The position numbers and the translations under genes were made by a program. A stretch of 33,707 nt of DNA from NCBI GenBank assembly GCA_046595965.1, contig JBKJSJ010000077.1, positions 1 to 33,707 of the forward strand. Direction: 5' to 3'. How positions within the stretch are numbered: position 1 is the first letter of the stretch; every line of letters begins with the position of its first letter. Positions 28,075 through 33,707 of the stretch are shown here, piece after piece. This stretch comes from Ferruginibacter sp. (GTDB lineage Bacteria; Bacteroidota; Bacteroidia; Chitinophagales; Chitinophagaceae). A model generated the notes under the pieces. The model saw nothing but the letters and a program-made list of their open reading frames with translations, was not told the origin of the DNA and searched no databases.

Positions 28075-29115
28075 TTACACCAGCTCCTCTTCAATTACTT
28101 TAAAACCTTCTCCGGCCTGTAGCCCGTTCCAAAGAATATCGTACACAGCAGTAGCAATTGGCATATCAGCCATTATATCTTTATTAATAATGTACATACA
28201 CTTACTGGCATAATAACCTTCTGCCACCATACTCATTTCCAATTGTGCGGCTTTTACAGAATATCCTTTACCTATCATGTTTCCAAAACTTCGGTTGCGG
28301 CTATGCAGGGAGTAGCAGGTTACCAGCAGATCGCCCAGGTAAACAGATGCTGCATAATTATTATGTTCGTTTATAACAGAAGAAGATTTTCTATGTTCTA
28401 TATAACCAACTTCTGCATTGATGATGCCGGCCTTGCGCAAAAAACCAGCCATTTCATCGGCACTGTTGGCAATGAGTACACTCAGGAAATTGTCACCATA
28501 ATCAAGACCGTGGGCAATGCCGGCAGCCACGGCATAAATGTTTTTTAACACCGCTGCATACTGCACACCAAAAATATCTTTGTTTACAATAGTGTTTATG
28601 TAATCTGATTTAAAATTACTGGCTATATCAATTGTAGTGTCTGTATCTATTCCGGTAAAAGTGAGGTACGATAATTTTTCCTGCGCCACTTCTTCTGCAT
28701 GGCAGGGCCCCAGCACTGCAAAATAATCATCCAGCACTACATTAAAATATTTTTTCAGGTAATCATTCAGCAAAAGATTTTCTTCGGGCAAAATACCTTT
28801 AATGGCAGACACAATTTTTTTTCCTTCAAATATATTTTTAGGTAATGCACTCAGTGCTTCTATGGCATAAGCAGAAGGAATAGCAATAACAATAGTGTCT
28901 GCATTGCTGATAACTTCTTCGGCATTGGTAGTAAGATGTAGCTGGTTACTATTAAACCTTGCAGTCAGCAGGTATTGTGGATTATGATGCTTTAATTTAA
29001 ATAGTTCAATAGCCGTTTCACTTCTGTTCCACCAATAAATAGTTTGGCCATTATCGGTTAAAATTTTTGCCAGTGCGGTGCCCCAGCTTCCACTACCAAG
29101 TATTCCGAAAGTCAT
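28075..29115 (-). CDS. gpsA: NAD(P)H-dependent glycerol-3-phosphate dehydrogenase
   Basis: GSGSWGTALA, GPCHAEEV, LKNIYAVAAG, LGDLLVTCYS-HSRNR and VAEG motifs. Confidence 0.96.
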   Translation of the reverse strand: MTFGILGSGSWGTALAKILTDNGQTIYWWNRSETAIELFKLKHHNPQYLLTARFNSNQLHLTTNAEEVISNADTIVIAIPSAYAIEALSALPKNIFEGKKIVSAIKGILPEENLLLNDYLKKYFNVVLDDYFAVLGPCHAEEVAQEKLSYLTFTGIDTDTTIDIASNFKSDYINTIVNKDIFGVQYAAVLKNIYAVAAGIAHGLDYGDNFLSVLIANSADEMAGFLRKAGIINAEVGYIEHRKSSSVINEHNNYAASVYLGDLLVTCYSLHSRNRSFGNMIGKGYSVKAAQLEMSMVAEGYYASKCMYIINKDIMADMPIATAVYDILWNGLQAGEGFKVIEEELV

Positions 29116-29242
29116 AGTTTGGAAGGTTTAAAAGGTTTAAGAGGTTCCAAAGGTTTCAAAGGTTTGAGAGGTTTCAAAAGTTGAAAGTTTGAACGTTGAA
29201 CTTCTTGAAGGTTGAACTTCTTGAAGGTTGAACTTCTTAAAC
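29115..29242. repeat. Tandem repeat array: ~7 degenerate 9-mers (AGGTTTNAA-like) then 3 x 16-mer GTTGAACTTCTTGAAG
   Basis: 9-mers start at 29124, 29133, 29142, 29151, 29160 and 29169, with weaker flanking copies; 16-mers start at 29195, 29211 and 29227 (last one degenerate). Confidence 0.9.
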
Positions 29243-29247
29243 TTCCC

Positions 29248-29958
29248 TCACAACCCCAATTTATCCACCGCCAACTGTGCCGCTATCTGGCTGGCATCTT
29301 TTTTATTATAGCCCTTTGCCTGCGATACCAGTTCTCCATCCAGCGTGGCACCAATGGTAAACAACCTGCGGCCGTTCTCCATTTTTTCATCCAGCGTTTC
29401 AAACTCAAGTGCCTTACCATTTTTATTGGCCCAGCCGTATAATTTGTTCTTAATATTTATCTCAATTATTTCCAGGTCATCCATAAATAAATGCGGAAGA
29501 ATAATATATTTCTCTACCCAGGTCTGCGTTTTTTTATAACCCTTGTCTAAGTAAACTGCTCCTATCAATGCTTCCAGTGTATTACCAAATATCTGTGAAA
29601 TTTTTAGCGCATTATCAAACTTATTGTAGAAGGTTATTTTTTTTAATCCCATTTTAAGAGCAATCTCATTCAGCTTCTGGCGGTTCACCATCTTGCTGCG
29701 CATCTCGGTTAAAAAACCTTCGCCTTTGTAAGGATATTTTCTAAACAGGTAATGTGCAATAATGGAACTTAAAACTGCATCGCCCAAAAACTCCAGCCGC
29801 TCATTATTTTCGTCTGCGCCTTCCCGTACGGAGCGGTGGCTGAGGGCTGTTTTATACAAACTGATATCGCCAGGACTAAACCCCAGGATATTGTTTAACT
29901 GCATTTTAAAAGCCTTTAAATGTGGCTCTTTATCAAAAAAGGATGTAAAGAATTGCAA
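29248..29958 (-). CDS. rnc: Ribonuclease III
   Basis: NERLEFLGDAVL signature; EG-LT-MRSK-V; C-terminal dsRBD with G-NKKDA-Q-AA; TTG start. Confidence 0.96.
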   Translation of the reverse strand: MQFFTSFFDKEPHLKAFKMQLNNILGFSPGDISLYKTALSHRSVREGADENNERLEFLGDAVLSSIIAHYLFRKYPYKGEGFLTEMRSKMVNRQKLNEIALKMGLKKITFYNKFDNALKISQIFGNTLEALIGAVYLDKGYKKTQTWVEKYIILPHLFMDDLEIIEINIKNKLYGWANKNGKALEFETLDEKMENGRRLFTIGATLDGELVSQAKGYNKKDASQIAAQLAVDKLGL

Positions 29959-30157
29959 GTTGTGAGAATGTTTAGCCGAAATTAGGCTATTTGTTTTAAT
30001 AAAAAAGGAGAAGAAATCATTCTAAAATTTTCTATTATTTTAGAAAGTATTTTTTAATATAATATGATTTTTATTTTTACTTAAAAAAGGAGTGAGACTC
30101 AGGGAGATTATTAATAAAAATGCTTTCCTAATTGTGTTTAGTTGAAACTAAAAATTT

Positions 30158-31411
30158 TTACGCTTTATATTTTTTTATAATCACAGAAGCATTGTGCCCA
30201 CCAAAACCAAATGTGTTGCTCAGGGCTGCATTTACGGTTTTATATTGAGCTTGGTTGAAAGTAAAATTCAGTTTGGGATCCAGATCGGGATCGTCAGTAA
30301 AATGATTAATGGTAGGAGGTATCACGTCTTTGGTTACAGCCATTATACAGGCCAGTGCTTCCAATGCACCTGCAGCACCCAGGCAGTGGCCAGTCATACT
30401 TTTGGTAGAACTGATATTTAAGTTGTAAGCATGCTCACCAAAAACACTTAAAATAGCTTTGGTTTCTGCAATATCACCCAGTGGGGTAGAAGTTCCATGA
30501 ACGTTTATATAATCAATATCTTCTGGTTTCAATGCTGCATCGGCTAGTGCCACGGTCATTACATTTTTGGCACCCAAACCTTCGGGGTGTGGTGCAGTAA
30601 TATGATGCGCATCGGCAGTAGCACCGCCTCCGGCAATTTCGCAATAGATCTTTGCTCCCCTGGCAAGTGCATGTTCCAGGCTTTCTAATATAAGCACGCC
30701 CGAACCTTCTCCCATTACAAATCCATCCCTGTCTTTATCAAAAGGGCGGCTGGCAGTGCCGGGTTCATCGTTTCTTTCACTTAGTGCCTTCATGGCATTA
30801 AAGCCACCAACACCGGCTGCACTTATTACTGCTTCGCTGCCACCGGTGATAATTATATCAGCTTTGTTTAAGCGGATATTATCAAAAGCATCAATGATTG
30901 CATTGGTGCTGCTGGCACAGGCACTTACTACTGCATAGTTAGGCCCACGAAAACCATGGCGCATAGAAATTTGCCCTGCGGCAATATCCAATATCATTTT
31001 GGGAATAAAGAAAGGATTAAAACGGGGTGTTCCATCGCCGGAAGCAAAATTCATCACCTCTTCCTGGAATGTAATTAAACCTCCAATGCCACTGGCAAAG
31101 ATGACTCCTACCCTGTCTGGATCTGCATTTTCTTTGGTAATGCCGGCATCTTTAACTGCTTCATCGCTTGCCACCAGCGCAAACTGGCAATACCGATCCA
31201 TTTTACGGGCATCTTTTCTATCAAGATATTCGGTGGGATCAAAGTTTTTAACCTCACAGGCAAACCGTGTTTTAAACTTAGCAGCATCAAACTGTTGTAT
31301 TGTTTGGCAGCCACTTACTCCATTTTCTAAACCCTTCCAGTACTCCTGAACAGTTTTACCCAATGGTGTTAGGGCACCCAAACCAGTAACAACTACTCTT
31401 TTTAAAGCCAT
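30158..31411 (-). CDS. fabF: 3-oxoacyl-ACP synthase II
   Basis: RVVVTGLG, VSACAS (catalytic Cys), NVHGTST, KSMTGH and SNTFGFGGHN motifs. Confidence 0.97.
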   Translation of the reverse strand: MALKRVVVTGLGALTPLGKTVQEYWKGLENGVSGCQTIQQFDAAKFKTRFACEVKNFDPTEYLDRKDARKMDRYCQFALVASDEAVKDAGITKENADPDRVGVIFASGIGGLITFQEEVMNFASGDGTPRFNPFFIPKMILDIAAGQISMRHGFRGPNYAVVSACASSTNAIIDAFDNIRLNKADIIITGGSEAVISAAGVGGFNAMKALSERNDEPGTASRPFDKDRDGFVMGEGSGVLILESLEHALARGAKIYCEIAGGGATADAHHITAPHPEGLGAKNVMTVALADAALKPEDIDYINVHGTSTPLGDIAETKAILSVFGEHAYNLNISSTKSMTGHCLGAAGALEALACIMAVTKDVIPPTINHFTDDPDLDPKLNFTFNQAQYKTVNAALSNTFGFGGHNASVIIKKYKA

Positions 31412-31473
31412 ACAATTTGCCTGTGATAATTAAATTTCCGCCCGGCTTAAGCCGTTTGGACTAAGATGAAAAA

Positions 31474-31710
31474 TTACTTGGCATTTTCTTCCAAATAAGA
31501 TACAGCCTGTCCAACAGTAGTGATGGTTTCAGCCTGTTCATCAGGAATAGAAATATTAAATTCTTTTTCAAATTCCATAATTAACTCAACGGTGTCCAAG
31601 CTATCGGCACCTAAATCATTTGTAAAAGAAGCTTCGGTAGTAACCTCTGCCTCATCCACACCTAATTTGTCAACAATGATCTTTTTAACTCTTGTTGCAA
31701 CGTCTGACAT
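31474..31710 (-). CDS. acpP: Acyl carrier protein
   Basis: [12 protein letters not shown] phosphopantetheine site; start moved to MSDVATRV at 31710. Confidence 0.98.
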   Translation of the reverse strand: MSDVATRVKKIIVDKLGVDEAEVTTEASFTNDLGADSLDTVELIMEFEKEFNISIPDEQAETITTVGQAVSYLEENAK

Positions 31711-31737
31711 GATAGTAAAATTTAGTTTATACGACTG

Positions 31738-31745
31738 CAAAAATA
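31738..31745 (-). promoter_or_regulatory. -7 promoter element for acpP-fabF
   Basis: TATTTTTG matches TAnnTTTG, 27 nt before the acpP ATG. Confidence 0.6.
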
Positions 31746-31974
31746 TACTTTTTGATGTAATTACAAAGAAATACTAAGCAACAGCAAATTTTCATTCTTT
31801 TGCTGGCTTGCCAATTGGTTTATTTATCGCCATTTTAAATAGTTGTTTTTGCACTTATAAACCTTATACATTTAAAATTCTAAGTGCGATAAATTTATAA
31901 AACTGAAATTTTATGTATATTGTACAACTGGTATTTTATTTTCATCAATAGGAACAGCTTAAATAATTTTTATT

Positions 31975-32403
31975 ATGGGTTTAAAGCAAATAGACCATGG
32001 CTCAAAAGAATACCAACAAATGATTCAGTTGAGAATGAATATACTTAGGGAACCCCTGGGTTTAAATTTTACTAAGGAAGAACTGGAAAAAGAAAAAGAT
32101 CATATTCTTATTGTTGCTTACGAAGAGGATGAAATGTTGGGCTGCTGTATGCTTAAAAAAATAGATGCTCACACGCTTCAACTGAGGCAAATGGCAGTAA
32201 AAAATAACCTGCAGCGAAAAGGTATTGGTGCTTCGATTATGTCCTTTGCCGAAACAGTTTCCAGAGATAAGGGGTATAAAAAAATAATTATGCATGCCCG
32301 TGATTCTGCTGTTGGGTTCTACGAAAGATTTGGATATAAATTAAAAGGAGAACAGTTTACAGAAGTAAATCTTCCACATCATGTAATGGAGAAAAAACTT
32401 TGA
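31975..32403 (+). CDS. GNAT-family N-acetyltransferase
   Basis: LRQMAV...QRKGIG (motif A), HAR--AVGFYERFGY and PH--MEK. Confidence 0.9.
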   Translation: MGLKQIDHGSKEYQQMIQLRMNILREPLGLNFTKEELEKEKDHILIVAYEEDEMLGCCMLKKIDAHTLQLRQMAVKNNLQRKGIGASIMSFAETVSRDKGYKKIIMHARDSAVGFYERFGYKLKGEQFTEVNLPHHVMEKKL

Positions 32404-32530
32404 TTCCTGTGCTTTTGGTATAACACGAATTTTAAGCACCTATTACTTCTTTTAATTATTAATCAGGTATTGCTATAATCTATTCCTCATTCAAATTCGT
32501 GTAATGCTAAAAAAATTAATGCAGGTAAAA

Positions 32531-33010
32531 CTAAAGTCTTTTAATGCGGGCCGCAAAAATCTTCCTGGCTTCGTTTACTTCATCTCCTTCAAAGGCATCT
32601 TTTGGTATTATAAAAAATGAGGTGCTGCTAAAATACAAATGGAAAAAATAAGGGGTCTCCATCCATCCGCTAAAGGAGGTCCACTCCCAGCCACGGCTGC
32701 CTCTGTTGTTTTCTATAGTAAAATCGCTGCTTGATAAAATAGCCCTGAAACTATCTTTAAAAGTGGAAGCCTTTTTATAAATGAAATTGGGCAGTATATA
32801 CCAGAACACTATCATAAGGACAAACCATAACATAGAACTTATTAAAAATGCCAGCGGGCTTATCTTCTTAAAAAAAAACAAGCCGGCAGATAAAATGGCA
32901 AATACATTTACCATCACCATTAATATTTTTATTTCTTTGCGGCTAATAAAATGATAACGAAGTGCCTGAATAACTTTTGGCTTGTTGTATGTAAAATAAG
33001 AAGATACCAT
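32531..33010 (-). CDS. YcxB-like membrane protein
   Basis: Two TM helices followed by a W...ET-YFFHLY...FFIIPKDAF domain. Confidence 0.7.
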   Translation of the reverse strand: MVSSYFTYNKPKVIQALRYHFISRKEIKILMVMVNVFAILSAGLFFFKKISPLAFLISSMLWFVLMIVFWYILPNFIYKKASTFKDSFRAILSSSDFTIENNRGSRGWEWTSFSGWMETPYFFHLYFSSTSFFIIPKDAFEGDEVNEARKIFAARIKRL

Positions 33011-33041
33011 TAAGTAAAGATATATGGATGTGCTATTAAAA

Positions 33042-33707
33042 TTATTGCCTGCCTGTTTTTAATTCCTTTTCAGATACGGACCATTCACCCAGTTTTTGGC
33101 CTTTAATACCCATAAAAGAAACCGTTAACTTTCTTTCATTCTTTTTTCCGCTTACAGAAATTTTTCCAAAATTTTGTTCTTCTACCAAAGTGCCGGATTC
33201 CCGGTATGGATTTTTCTCTTCATCATCTCTTGCTTTACTTATACCAGCAGTATAAGGTGAAATGGTAATGTCGTATAATGGATGCATCCCTGGCCTTTCC
33301 ATTTTTATTACTTCGCTGTGGTGCCTGTCCCCGGAAAAAAATAATACACCGCTGATTTTATATTCACTTAAAAAATTTAATAATTGCTGATGCTCGTATG
33401 TATAACTGCGCATGCATTCATTTTTGTTCAGTGGATTCAGTACCTGGCTTCCGCTAATAATTATTTTAAAAGTGGCCGAACTATTCAACAATGCATTTTC
33501 TAACCACTCCATTTGCTTAGCACCAAAATAAGTTTTAGTAACAGATGGTTTACCATCTGCACTATCTGCCATGCTAGGCTCACTTCTAAAATAGCGGTCG
33601 TCGGTAAGAAAAAAATCTACATCGCTAAAAGAGAATTGGGTGTAAATACCTTTGCCCTCTTCGCCATAACTGGGGTTGGTTGAATAGCTTTTAAAAACAG
33701 TACGGCT
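33042..33707 (-). CDS. Alkaline phosphatase D (PhoD) family protein, 5' part outside the window
   Basis: The frame stays open from the window edge (SRTVFKSYSTNPSYGEEGKGIYTQFSFSDVDFFLTDDRYFRS...) into the listed ORF; D-RYFR, G-KQMEWL and FSGDRH motifs. Confidence 0.85.
   Translation of the reverse strand, partial: SRTVFKSYSTNPSYGEEGKGIYTQFSFSDVDFFLTDDRYFRSEPSMADSADGKPSVTKTYFGAKQMEWLENALLNSSATFKIIISGSQVLNPLNKNECMRSYTYEHQQLLNFLSEYKISGVLFFSGDRHHSEVIKMERPGMHPLYDITISPYTAGISKARDDEEKNPYRESGTLVEEQNFGKISVSGKKNERKLTVSFMGIKGQKLGEWSVSEKELKTGRQ

Noticed and set aside
29560-29600. RNase III second acidic motif reads GNTLEA rather than ADxxEA, suggesting inactivation
   Set aside because: The first signature and the catalytic Glu are intact; from memory the Asn variant is common in Bacteroidota
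29959-30157. 199-bp very AT-rich gap between fabF and rnc as a possible hidden gene or ncRNA
   Set aside because: No credible ORF or stable GC-rich structure; a TAATTTCG -7-like box shortly before the rnc start explains it as a promoter region
1998-31740. Longest-ORF starts from the track for gldB, desaturase, TonB receptor, gldN, gldK, YyaL-like and acpP
   Set aside because: Downstream ATGs give proper signal peptides or family-typical N-termini, and some extensions overlap promoter boxes or the neighbouring gene
195-32295. Numerous short ORFs (about 60-180 aa) antisense to or overlapping the long genes, e.g. 12175-12588, 18198-18602, 25716-26249
   Set aside because: Shadow ORFs of well-supported genes, with no recognisable motifs

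Overview
AT-rich (visibly low-GC) bacterial chromosomal window from a Bacteroidota genome, most like Chitinophagaceae judging by gene content and TAnnTTTG-type promoters. It is mostly core genes: nadE, a GldB-like lipoprotein, a fatty-acid desaturase, apaG, SUI1/YciH, nadC, DUF4783, gpmI, a CxxCH haem-binding protein, a TonB-dependent receptor, an ECF sigma factor with a dual-membrane-spanning anti-sigma candidate, uvrC, the T9SS/gliding motor operon gldKLMN, a YyaL-like protein, hemD-like, DUF4271, an Omp85/TamA-like protein, hemW, gpsA, rnc, fabF, acpP, a GNAT, YcxB-like and a truncated PhoD. I see no transposase, integrase, CRISPR array, tRNA or rRNA. The most notable unexplained structure lies between uvrC and gldN: two near-identical 76-bp units, 141 bp apart. 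Each has its own -7 promoter element, a ~60-nt body ending in an intrinsic terminator, and a 7-2-7 inverted-repeat operator at identical spacing. This looks like a pair of regulator-controlled sibling small RNAs. Other points: a sigma-54-type promoter enclosed by a 10-bp inverted repeat, several probable leaderless transcripts, and a short tandem-repeat array between rnc and gpsA. All product calls come from motif recognition by eye; no database searches were run.
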